From NCBI GenBank assembly GCA_965207885.1, contig OZ242311.1:2272001-2336000 (forward strand): a DNA stretch of 64,000 bases, given 5' to 3'. The position numbers and the translations under genes are program-made. Below the pieces are notes generated by a model. The model made no database searches. It had not been told where the DNA came from and saw only the letters and a list, made by a program, of their open reading frames with translations. Below, one piece after another: positions 1 to 8,824 of this stretch. The stretch comes from Candidatus Latescibacterota bacterium (GTDB lineage: Bacteria; Latescibacterota; UBA2968). How positions within the stretch are numbered: the stretch's first letter is position 1; each line of letters starts with the position of its first letter.

Positions 1-178
1 GGAGTAAGCCATCGTCACCCAGTGCGCTCTCAAGCGCGGCAATCACTGTTCCCGCACCACCCTGGACCATACCCAGGCTCTTGAATGAGGAATGGATGAA
101 GAGTGTATCGCCGATTTCGACACCAAGGGTTTTTAGATTGTCACAAAGCTGCGCTGCGGTGTATCCAAAACCGGACAT
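1..178 (-). CDS. AAC(3)/YokD-family N-acetyltransferase, 5' part only (runs off window)
   Basis: Not in the ORF track. Manual translation from ATG at 178 gives MSGFGYTAAQLCDNLKTLGVEIGDTLFIHSSFKSLGMVQGGAGTVIAALESALGDDGLL, matching the LGV-GD-HSS-SLG-V-GG N-terminus of the Antibiotic_NAT family. Confidence 0.8.
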   Translation of the reverse strand, partial: MSGFGYTAAQLCDNLKTLGVEIGDTLFIHSSFKSLGMVQGGAGTVIAALESALGDDGLL

Positions 179-195
179 GTTATTGGTCTTTCTAT

Positions 196-240
196 AAAAA
201 AAGCGGAGAAATCCAGTAGATTTCTCCGCTCTCTTTTTTT
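196..240. terminator. Intrinsic terminator, probably bidirectional, ending the ACIII-oxidase operon
   Basis: 12-bp stem AGCGGAGAAATC / GATTTCTCCGCT (202-230) with a 5-nt loop, an A-tract on the left and a T-tract on the right, just past the subunit IV stop. Confidence 0.85.
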
Positions 241-250
241 GTTCATCTTG

Positions 251-568
251 TTACTGCAAATAGTGGCTTGCTGGCATGCCCAACCAACCGCGACTGACGT
301 AATCTGCCATTGCAAAGGCAAATAGGATCAGCAAAAACAAAATACCTGCACCCGCGAGCAACCAGGTCAGTCGGCTGGCGTATTTGACGTGCATAAAAAA
401 CAGAATCACAATCGTGGCTTTTGTGCAGGCGATACCCAGTGCTACCACGTCATTAAACATGCCCAATTCTTGATAAGCCACCCAAACGGTTAGCGCGGTT
501 AAAAACATCAAGGAGGCAAATACCGCCAGATAAATGCGTACAGTCGGGCCGTGGTGATCATCAGCCAT
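251..568 (-). CDS. ctaF: Cytochrome c oxidase subunit IV
   Basis: Three TM helices with KA-(x)-FFMHVKY motif. Start MADDHH at 568 overlaps the subunit III stop codon. Confidence 0.9.
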   Translation of the reverse strand: MADDHHGPTVRIYLAVFASLMFLTALTVWVAYQELGMFNDVVALGIACTKATIVILFFMHVKYASRLTWLLAGAGILFLLILFAFAMADYVSRGWLGMPASHYLQ

Positions 569-1239
569 CAGTGTCCTCCCTGTAAGCCGAGAAGATAGAG
601 CAGTGGAAATAGGAAAATCCAGACAATATCGACAAAGTGCCAATACAGACCAAATATTTCAATAGGGGCGTTGTATTCGGCCGTGTACGTCCCCTGTGCG
701 GTTTTAACAAATACCCAGATCAACAGGCCAATGCCAATAATCATATGCAGGGCATGCATTCCGGTCATTCCGAAATACAGCGAATAGAAGAGAGCCAGTT
801 GGGGCGAGTTTTCACCGTGCGGATGCCATGCCAGACCGGGAACCAAACCGTACTCGATTTTTGCGGAGTATTCAAAATATTTGACCACCAAAAAGGTGAG
901 CCCTAAGATTCCGGTTAGCGTCAGATAGACCAATATCCCTCTTTTATTGCCTTCGTGCGACTTGTGTACAGCCATCGCCATCGTCAGGCTGCTGACAATC
1001 AATACTATGGTATTAAATGCTCCCAGAGGAATATCCAGGTGACTACTACCTTCAAAAAATGCCTCGGGATAATAGGATCGGTAGATTAGATACGTCGCAA
1101 AGAAGCCTCCAAAAAACAAAATTTCTGTAATCAGGAAGCTCCACATGCCAATGACGGCGGATTCCTTCTGCTGCGGCATATCTTCGAACTGGTGGGCCAG
1201 TCCGTGCGGGTGATCGTGATGTAATGCGTGATCGGCCAT
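568..1239 (-). CDS. ctaE: Cytochrome c oxidase subunit III
   Basis: Motifs GMWSFLITEILFFGG, TGMHALH and YWHFVDIVW. Confidence 0.95.
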   Translation of the reverse strand: MADHALHHDHPHGLAHQFEDMPQQKESAVIGMWSFLITEILFFGGFFATYLIYRSYYPEAFFEGSSHLDIPLGAFNTIVLIVSSLTMAMAVHKSHEGNKRGILVYLTLTGILGLTFLVVKYFEYSAKIEYGLVPGLAWHPHGENSPQLALFYSLYFGMTGMHALHMIIGIGLLIWVFVKTAQGTYTAEYNAPIEIFGLYWHFVDIVWIFLFPLLYLLGLQGGH

Positions 1240-2870
1240 TAGTGCTCCTCAATCGGTCCGTACTCATAGGCTTCTTCTGTCACGACAGGCGTTTCTTCAA
1301 AATTAAATGTGGGCGGTGGGGAGGTCGTTTCCCACTCCAGTCCTTTGGCGCCCCAGGGGTTATCAGGTGCTTTTGGGCCCTTAAAGATCGACCAGGTCAA
1401 ATACGCGCCGGGAACGAGATACCCCAGAGCCAGAATTGACGCACCCATAGACGACGCGACATTCAAGACTTGAAATTCGTCGGGATAGACGTGATAACGC
1501 CTCGGCATGCCCATATACCCCAGAATGAACTGTGGGAAAAACGTCAGATTAAAACCGAGAAATACCAGCAGGGCCGAAACGCGTCCCCAAATATCGGGAA
1601 ACATTTTACCCGTAATTTTGGGCCACCAGAAGTGCATGCCCCCCAGATATCCCATCACCTGCCCGCCAACCATAATATAATGGAAGTGCGCCACTACAAA
1701 ATACGTGTCGTGCAGGTGAATGTCCAGGCCCATACTCGACAAAAACAGTCCGGTCAAACCACCGACTAAAAACAAACCGAGATACCCATACACGTAAAAC
1801 ATTGAGGTATCATATATAATTGACCCCTTGTATAAGGTCGCTGTCCAGTTGAATGTTTTGATCGCAGAGGGCACGGCCACCAGAAATGTGATAATGGAGA
1901 ATACCATGCCGGCATAAGTCGATTGGCTGCTCACAAACATGTGGTGGCCCCATACCAGGAATCCCAAAATTGCAATGGCTACACTTGAGAACGCGACAAA
2001 TTCATATCCAAAGACGCGCTTGCGCGCAACAGCGGCTACCATTTCGCTCATCACGCCCATTGAAGGCAAGATCATGATATAAACGGCTGGATGCGAATAG
2101 AACCAGAACAAATGCTGGAACAAAACGGGATCACCACCGAGATTCGGATCGAAAAACCCGAACCCAAATCCGCGCTCGAGCATTAGCAACACCAGCGTAA
2201 TTGCGATAACGGGTGTGCCCAATAGCATAATCAAGCTGGTGGCATAATGCGACCAGACAAATAGCGGCAGGCGGAACCAGGTCATCCCCGGCGCGCGCAT
2301 GGTGTGGATTGTCACCACAAAGTTGAGGCCCGTCAGAATGGACGAGAAACCCGCCATAAAAGCGGCCATAGCGGCCAGAATCACATTTGAGTTTGAATAG
2401 GTGCTACTATACGGCGTATAAAAAGTCCAACCTGTATCAACTCCGCCACCGACCACGGCAATTGTTCCCAAAATACCTGCGACTACATAAACATACCAGC
2501 TCAAAAGATTGACGCGTGGAAAAGCCAGATCTTTTGCGCCAACCATTATGGGGACTAAAAAGTTGCCGATGGTTGCGGGGATAGATGGCACCAAAAAGAA
2601 AAAGACCATGATGATGCCGTGCATTGAGAAAACTTTGTTATAAGTGTCCGAAGACATCAAATCGCCTTCGGGCGTCATCAGTTCAAAGCGAACCAGACTG
2701 GCAAATAACCCACCCAGAGCAAAAAAGATGGAAATTGAAATAATGTATAAAACGGCAATGCGCTTGTGGTCTCTGGTCAACAACCAGGACTTCAAGCCAT
2801 AACCGTTATTCAGATAATTGACGCTCGGCGCATCTTCAGACGCTTGAACGTCTTGCTCGGTGATTGCCAT
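1239..2870 (-). CDS. ctaD: Cytochrome c oxidase subunit I, heme-copper oxidase type A2
   Basis: WFYSHPAVY (YS motif of the A2 subfamily), WGHHMF, VAHFHY and GMPRRY. Confidence 0.97.
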   Translation of the reverse strand: MAITEQDVQASEDAPSVNYLNNGYGLKSWLLTRDHKRIAVLYIISISIFFALGGLFASLVRFELMTPEGDLMSSDTYNKVFSMHGIIMVFFFLVPSIPATIGNFLVPIMVGAKDLAFPRVNLLSWYVYVVAGILGTIAVVGGGVDTGWTFYTPYSSTYSNSNVILAAMAAFMAGFSSILTGLNFVVTIHTMRAPGMTWFRLPLFVWSHYATSLIMLLGTPVIAITLVLLMLERGFGFGFFDPNLGGDPVLFQHLFWFYSHPAVYIMILPSMGVMSEMVAAVARKRVFGYEFVAFSSVAIAILGFLVWGHHMFVSSQSTYAGMVFSIITFLVAVPSAIKTFNWTATLYKGSIIYDTSMFYVYGYLGLFLVGGLTGLFLSSMGLDIHLHDTYFVVAHFHYIMVGGQVMGYLGGMHFWWPKITGKMFPDIWGRVSALLVFLGFNLTFFPQFILGYMGMPRRYHVYPDEFQVLNVASSMGASILALGYLVPGAYLTWSIFKGPKAPDNPWGAKGLEWETTSPPPTFNFEETPVVTEEAYEYGPIEEH

Positions 2871-2876
2871 AGCGCA

Positions 2877-3827
2877 TCACTCCATACTCGTGAGTTCGGG
2901 GGCTTTCAGCGATTTGATATAGGCGATTATTTGAATGATCCCTTCTTCGCTGATCTGACCTTTGAAAGTTGGCATAATGGGTTTGTATCCGGCCATGATC
3001 TTGGCGGAAGGGTTCAGAATTGATTCTCTAATATAGGCTTCGTCAACCAATGCAGTACCGCCGCCTTCCAGAGCCACTGTTTTGCCAAAAAGACCCGCCA
3101 GAGATGGTCCGCGTCCCGTCCCATCCATCTTGTGACAGGTATGACAGGCGTATTGTTCAAATAATCTTTCTCCGGCTACTTCCATTGGCTCATTCGCAGT
3201 TCCGCCAGTCAACCAGGCTTCGTAATCTTGAGGTTCCAGGACGTGTACTGTGCCAATCATACGCGAGTGCTCGGTGCCGCAAAATTCGGCGCAAAACAGA
3301 TGATACGAACCGACCTGCGTCGGTTTAAACCACAAATTGGTATATCGCCCGGGCACCACATCCTTTTTGACGCGAAAGGCGGGGATATAAAAACTGTGCA
3401 ACACATCTTCCGCTGTCATGGTCAGGCGTACCGATTCACCCAGAGGCACGTGTAATTCGTTAATCTCCTTTTTGCCTTCTGGATGTTGCAATTTCCACAT
3501 CCACTGTTTGCCCACCACATATATTTCCATGGCGTTTGGCGGGGGTGTAATTAGATGGAAATACAATACGGTTGCCCACACAAATACACCCAGTGCGAGC
3601 ACAGCCGGAATGGCAGTCCAAAATATCTCGAGACCGAGATGCCCCGCAATTTGTCGCGGCACTTCGTCGTCCGATTTGCGCTGATATTTAATCGCAAAGA
3701 TAACCACCAAAATAACAACTATGAGCGCGAAAAACACGCACAGTGCCAAGATGCCAAAATAAAGCGCGTCAACGTGAAAGGCAAAACTCGAAGCTTGATC
3801 TGGAAAAAGAGGAAAATCAGTCTGCAT
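2877..3827 (-). CDS. ctaC: Cytochrome c oxidase subunit II with C-terminal cytochrome c (caa3 type)
   Basis: CuA ligands HSF...CAEFCGTEHSRM plus a C-terminal CHTCH heme c motif. Confidence 0.96.
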   Translation of the reverse strand: MQTDFPLFPDQASSFAFHVDALYFGILALCVFFALIVVILVVIFAIKYQRKSDDEVPRQIAGHLGLEIFWTAIPAVLALGVFVWATVLYFHLITPPPNAMEIYVVGKQWMWKLQHPEGKKEINELHVPLGESVRLTMTAEDVLHSFYIPAFRVKKDVVPGRYTNLWFKPTQVGSYHLFCAEFCGTEHSRMIGTVHVLEPQDYEAWLTGGTANEPMEVAGERLFEQYACHTCHKMDGTGRGPSLAGLFGKTVALEGGGTALVDEAYIRESILNPSAKIMAGYKPIMPTFKGQISEEGIIQIIAYIKSLKAPELTSME

Positions 3828-3875
3828 GTGCCAACTCAGAAGTTAGAGGTCCAATGGACTTTTCTTGTTGAGGTG

Positions 3876-4679
3876 TTAATTCGCCTGTAATGGCGACCGC
3901 TCTCGGCGCACCATAAGAAAAATAAATGTTAAGATACAAATTACAGTAATCACGCCAGCAATGCGAACCAACCGATAAATTGCCAGCGTATATTTGCCAG
4001 TCAATGGATTGTACTGAAAACAATATAGCAAAATCGCATCAATCGGAGAACTGATCTGATCTTGTGCGGCTTCTAAAAGCCCCAGTTGCAAATCCCGCGG
4101 CGCAAATTCGACCCCAAACAGATACCGGGCGATCTTACCTTTGGGTGTCAAGATTGCAATCCCACTGGCGTGAACGTATTCATCTGTTTCGGGATCGTAT
4201 ATATAGCGATATCCAATGGCCCTGGTCAATGCGTCTATTGATGCCGGGTGTCCAGTGAGAAAATGCCATCCATTTTCTCCACCTTCTCGACCGTATCCAT
4301 CGACGTAATTCACCTTTTTTGCCGCTGCCAATTCTGGATATTCGTCGGGATCAATGCTAAATGTCACCACCATAAAATCTCGTCCGGCATTGAGCGATAC
4401 GGGACGCAATCCCGACAACAAGCCATTCAAAATCTGCGTACACAACATGGGGCATTCATAATATGCGGGCACTAAAATAACAGGATGCTCATCAAAATAC
4501 CGCGCCAGCATAATATCTGTGCCCGATTCATCGCGGAACTTCAAATTTACTGGCACAGATGCGCCCAATTTCTGGTCAATCCCAACGGAATCCAGCACTG
4601 TGGGATTCGGCGTGAAGTCTTGTGCCCACGCGATCCTGGTGAAGCACATCAGCGTGATACAAGCGAATAAGACGCGCAT
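3876..4679 (-). CDS. SCO/SenC-family copper chaperone
   Basis: CPMLC (CxxxC) motif, downstream His (YVHAS), signal peptide and C-terminal TM helix, next to subunit II. Confidence 0.9.
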   Translation of the reverse strand: MRVLFACITLMCFTRIAWAQDFTPNPTVLDSVGIDQKLGASVPVNLKFRDESGTDIMLARYFDEHPVILVPAYYECPMLCTQILNGLLSGLRPVSLNAGRDFMVVTFSIDPDEYPELAAAKKVNYVDGYGREGGENGWHFLTGHPASIDALTRAIGYRYIYDPETDEYVHASGIAILTPKGKIARYLFGVEFAPRDLQLGLLEAAQDQISSPIDAILLYCFQYNPLTGKYTLAIYRLVRIAGVITVICILTFIFLMVRRERSPLQAN

Positions 4680-4682
4680 GTT

Positions 4683-5060
4683 TTACTCTCGCACCGGGAA
4701 CCCGCGTTCGAGAACCAGGTCTATTGCCCGCTCAATTGGAAGATGCACAACCCCGGCATCCCTATCTATCCAACCGTATTCGGTAAGCGTGCGATTGGTT
4801 TCGGCACGCACTTGTGTCAGTTCAGCAGAAGGTACAGTCTGGATCAGCGGTCCCTGATAAGGCTTTTGATGAGCAGCCATGGGCGGCGGATCATCTGTCA
4901 TATAAATCACGGCTTGTTCCAGACCGAGAAACATGGCCCACATAGCGATAAAAGACAGAATGGCTACGGCTATGATTCCCGCAGTGGCAGCGAGAATTGG
5001 GCCAATTTTGAGATGATAGTCTTCGTAGCCCTTTTCGCGGGCATTGTGCTTTTCTGCCAT
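4683..5060 (-). CDS. ActG-like small membrane subunit of alternative complex III
   Basis: One TM helix and a YGWIDR...HLPIERAI motif, located between actF and SCO. Start assumed at MAEKH. Confidence 0.65.
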   Translation of the reverse strand: MAEKHNAREKGYEDYHLKIGPILAATAGIIAVAILSFIAMWAMFLGLEQAVIYMTDDPPPMAAHQKPYQGPLIQTVPSAELTQVRAETNRTLTEYGWIDRDAGVVHLPIERAIDLVLERGFPVRE

Positions 5061-5061
5061 A

Positions 5062-6255
5062 TCAGTGACCTTCTCCGGCAAAGGTTTCTTCCATGCGCGG
5101 ATCGTGCAATGGGATCAGCGGCACACCTTTTAGCTGCATCGCAAAAAATCCCAACCACAAGCCGCCAATACTGACGAGGACCAGCATATCCAGCAGAAAA
5201 CCATACCACATACCGTCAGAACCACCGTGCCCAAAAGCCGGTGTAATAAAATAATAAAGATCGACATAGCGCATAATCAACATAAAAATTGCAATAACCG
5301 TCATCAGCGCGGCGCGGCGTTTGATCGCCCGCTGCAATAGCAAAAAGAATGGCACGAAAAAGTGAAAAACAATCAACGCAGTTCCCACATATTGCCAACC
5401 GCCATGTGATCGGCGGATGTACCAGGGGGCTTCTTCGGCCAGGTTGCCAGACCACGTAATCAAAAACTGGGAAAAACTCACATAAGCCCACAGACATGTA
5501 AATGCAAACATTAGGGTGCCCAGATCGCTCAAATACTTAAATGCATCAACTTCTCGATAGACCTCGACATCCTTTAATTTAATCACCCACAAGATGCACA
5601 GTGCCATGGCACCCAATGCGCCGCCCACCACAAAAATTAAGCCATAGATCGTCGAAAACCAGTGCGGTTCCAAAGACATGACCCAATCGGTTGCCGCAAA
5701 GGTAACGGTTAAGATAAACATGGGAATTCCGGGACCGCTCAGGTTAATCATCCGGCTTTTTAGGCCCGGTTCGCCGGTTTCATCTTGCTCGCGCGACCAT
5801 TTTGTCAGCAAAAACATCCAGAGCAACCACAGGGCAAAATAAACGACTGCGCGAATATAAAATCCGGTCTCATTCAAATACGGTTTCTTAAAGGTCAAAA
5901 TTGGATCTTTGGCTACAACATCTGTATGCGTCCATTCGTACAAATGATGCATACCCAGAACCACAATGGGAATAAACAGGACGGCCATGAGCCACAGTGT
6001 GCGCGCGCCCGATTCCAATAACCGCCGAATGACAAATCCCCACCGTCCGCTGACCAGATGGTGCAACATCAACAACCCCAGACAGCCCAGAGAAATGACC
6101 AACCAGTAGATATAGCCAACGAGATACGATTGGAAAAATTGCTGAGAATCAGCAAAGGCACCAATAAATAAAACCACTATACCGCAGGCACCTGTCAGAA
6201 GGCCTCGTTGCTGTACTTTATCTACAAATGGATGGTCAAAGGATTTAGTAGCCAT
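5062..6255 (-). CDS. actF: Alternative complex III membrane subunit ActF
   Basis: About 10 TM helices, DWVMSLEPHWFSTIYG and WAYVSFSQFL motifs, operon position. Confidence 0.9.
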   Translation of the reverse strand: MATKSFDHPFVDKVQQRGLLTGACGIVVLFIGAFADSQQFFQSYLVGYIYWLVISLGCLGLLMLHHLVSGRWGFVIRRLLESGARTLWLMAVLFIPIVVLGMHHLYEWTHTDVVAKDPILTFKKPYLNETGFYIRAVVYFALWLLWMFLLTKWSREQDETGEPGLKSRMINLSGPGIPMFILTVTFAATDWVMSLEPHWFSTIYGLIFVVGGALGAMALCILWVIKLKDVEVYREVDAFKYLSDLGTLMFAFTCLWAYVSFSQFLITWSGNLAEEAPWYIRRSHGGWQYVGTALIVFHFFVPFFLLLQRAIKRRAALMTVIAIFMLIMRYVDLYYFITPAFGHGGSDGMWYGFLLDMLVLVSIGGLWLGFFAMQLKGVPLIPLHDPRMEETFAGEGH

Positions 6256-6261
6256 AATATC

Positions 6262-6894
6262 CTACTCATTTTCAAGCCGCTGACGCACATCGGCAGGGAC
6301 ATCGTCCAGTGTGGCGTTTTGGCTCAGTTGCAACGCCTGAATATAGGCTATAATAGCCCATCGATCTCGCGGTTTGATACGCGATGCGTAGCTATACATT
6401 GCGCCAAAACCATTGGTCATGACATCAAAAAAGTAACCCGGTGTCTCATTTTGCAGCCGCTCAATATGGTATGATGGGGGTTGCTTCATGCCGCGGCGCA
6501 CCACCATCCCACGCCCATCACCTTCCTGTCCATGGCAGGGGGAGCAGTAGATATTGTAGCGTTCTCTGCCGCGGAGAATCACATCGCGCGTAATGGGAAA
6601 GGGAAAAGTTTCCGCTGGTTTACCATCTATCATCCCGGTATATAAATGCGCGTCTGTACGCAAATGCCCGCGTGCAACCGTGCCTTTTATCCAGGGCCGA
6701 GAGGACCTTTGATCCGCGAAAAAAGTATTTTTTTCCAGCGGTTCAAATCTCGACTGGTTGTACATTTCTTGCCGCAAACGCTCGATATCTGTCGTGCCTT
6801 CACACCCCATTGCCATAAAGAGTGCGAGCACCACAAGCCATCTCGCGGGATGGGCAATTTTTATCCCACTCGCTAATTTACGGTTCGACATCAT
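6262..6894 (-). CDS. actE: Alternative complex III monoheme cytochrome c lipoprotein ActE
   Basis: Lipobox-like AMGC, CSPCH heme motif, GTVARG and DRWAIIAY. Confidence 0.9.
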   Translation of the reverse strand: MMSNRKLASGIKIAHPARWLVVLALFMAMGCEGTTDIERLRQEMYNQSRFEPLEKNTFFADQRSSRPWIKGTVARGHLRTDAHLYTGMIDGKPAETFPFPITRDVILRGRERYNIYCSPCHGQEGDGRGMVVRRGMKQPPSYHIERLQNETPGYFFDVMTNGFGAMYSYASRIKPRDRWAIIAYIQALQLSQNATLDDVPADVRQRLENE

Positions 6895-7411
6895 CTACCT
6901 TTTTTGCTTTCAGGCTTTCGAGAAATGTACGGGTTTCGGAAATATCAAATTTGGGATCTTCGGCTTCGATACACAAAAAGAAACCATCACCAGAGGCGCG
7001 TTCAAAATTGGGAACATTGAAAACCGGGTGATAGGGACGCGGCAAACCATTGAGGATGAGCATGCCAATCAATGCACCAAAAGCGGAAAATAGCACGCCG
7101 AGTTCAAATGTCACGGGAATAAAAGAGGGCCAGCTCAAAAGGGGCCGACCACCCACATTGAGCGGATAGTCGATTACAGATACCCAGTACTGAAGCCCAA
7201 AGCCTGAACAGGCACCGAGAATCGCACATATCAATACAATGATGGGCACGCGGTGCTTGTCATAACCCATTGATTCCGACAAATCGTGTATCGGCATTGG
7301 AGAATAAGCATCCATCTTGCGATACCCTTCTGCATATGAATCTTTCGCAGCTTTGAGCAATTCGTCGGGACCATCAAATTCGGCCAAAAGACCGTATAAA
7401 TTTTCAGCCAT
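6878..7411 (-). CDS. actD: Alternative complex III subunit ActD (DUF3341)
   Basis: DAYSPMPIH, GGRPLLSWPSFIPVTFE and two TM helices. Confidence 0.92.
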   Translation of the reverse strand: MAENLYGLLAEFDGPDELLKAAKDSYAEGYRKMDAYSPMPIHDLSESMGYDKHRVPIIVLICAILGACSGFGLQYWVSVIDYPLNVGGRPLLSWPSFIPVTFELGVLFSAFGALIGMLILNGLPRPYHPVFNVPNFERASGDGFFLCIEAEDPKFDISETRTFLESLKAKKVDDVEP

Positions 7412-7423
7412 AATCACACCCGT

Positions 7424-8824
7424 TTAATCATCGGCAGAAGCCGTTTCCGCATGTTTTCCGTGGTTTTTATTTGCCACCAACTGGCGGATTTCAAAAATGT
7501 TAATGACGGGCATCACCCGAATAAACAGGATCATCATAAAGAGGAAAAATCCAATTGTGCCTGCGTACAATCCCCAATCCCACGGCGTCGAGTGATACAT
7601 ATCCCAGGACGAAGGCATAAAGTCGCGGTGGAGACTCGTCACCACAATGATAAATCGCTCGAGCCACATTCCCACATTGATGAACATCGAAATGATGAAC
7701 AGCCCTATCGGACTCAGGCGCACCTTTTTAATCCACAACAATTGTGGGATAGCCACATTGCACAAGATCAATGACCAGTAAGTGCCGGAATAAGGACCAA
7801 ATGTGCGATTTTGCATCATATAGCCTTCATAGGGGCTGGCACTATACCAGGCGAAAAATTGCTCCATCACATAGCCATAAGCCACAATGAGTCCGGTGGC
7901 GAGCATCACTTTGCCCATATTGTTCAGGTGGCGGTCGGTGATGTAATCGTGCAATCCGTAAAAGTAGCGAATGGGTAGCCCCAGCGTCAGCACCATTGCA
8001 AAACCGGCATATACGGCACCCGCCACAAAATAGGGTGGAAAGATGGTTGCATGCCAGCCGGGAATCAGTCCTACGGAAAAGTCCAAACTCACGATGGAGT
8101 GTACGGATAGTACCAGCGGCGTCGATACACCCGCTAAGAGAAGCGCGGCCATTTCATAGTTAAACCAGTGCTTGGCGGATCCGCGCCATCCCATTGACAA
8201 TACGCCGTATATGATCTGTGAAATTTTGTGTTTGGCCTTGTCGCGCAGGGTGGCAAAATCGGGAATTAAGCCCAGATACCAGAAGATCAGAGATACTGTA
8301 AAGTAGGTGCCAACGGCAAATACATCCCATATTAGCGGACTACGGAACTGCGGCCACACAGACATTGTATTGGGATAGGGCAACAGCCAGTAAGCCGCTA
8401 CCCAGGGACGCCCCGTGTGCAACAGTGGAAACATACCGGCGCACATGACGGCAAAAATGGTCATGGCTTCGGCAAATCGGTTGATCGAATTGCGCCATTG
8501 CTGACGCATGAGTAACAAAATAGCCGAAATCAATGTGCCCGCGTGCCCAATACCGATCCACCAGACAAAGTTGATAATTGCCCAGCCCCAGCCAACGGGA
8601 ATATTTAAGCCCCAGATGCCAGTCCCTTTGATCAGCAGCCAGGTCGCAGATAACATCAACAACTGCAAAATACCACCTGCAATCAACAGTGCCGCAATCC
8701 ACCCCAAAGGCGTGCGATTGGTGATGAGCGCACTGAGTCTTTGTGTCACCGTTGTATAGGTCTGCCCCGGACCGAGCACCGGCGCCGGCATCGTCGGATC
8801 TTTTATAGGTGCAGGACTACCCAT
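7424..8824 (-). CDS. actC: Alternative complex III quinol-binding subunit ActC (NrfD family)
   Basis: NFVWWIGIGHAGTLIS, RFAEAMT and SPLIWDVFAV. Confidence 0.95.
   Translation of the reverse strand: MGSPAPIKDPTMPAPVLGPGQTYTTVTQRLSALITNRTPLGWIAALLIAGGILQLLMLSATWLLIKGTGIWGLNIPVGWGWAIINFVWWIGIGHAGTLISAILLLMRQQWRNSINRFAEAMTIFAVMCAGMFPLLHTGRPWVAAYWLLPYPNTMSVWPQFRSPLIWDVFAVGTYFTVSLIFWYLGLIPDFATLRDKAKHKISQIIYGVLSMGWRGSAKHWFNYEMAALLLAGVSTPLVLSVHSIVSLDFSVGLIPGWHATIFPPYFVAGAVYAGFAMVLTLGLPIRYFYGLHDYITDRHLNNMGKVMLATGLIVAYGYVMEQFFAWYSASPYEGYMMQNRTFGPYSGTYWSLILCNVAIPQLLWIKKVRLSPIGLFIISMFINVGMWLERFIIVVTSLHRDFMPSSWDMYHSTPWDWGLYAGTIGFFLFMMILFIRVMPVINIFEIRQLVANKNHGKHAETASADD

Noticed and set aside
3817-4023. 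Possible frameshifted tail of SCO reaching the subunit II start
   Set aside because: SCO already has its full C-terminal TM helix and basic tail, and no slippery site or indel evidence is visible.
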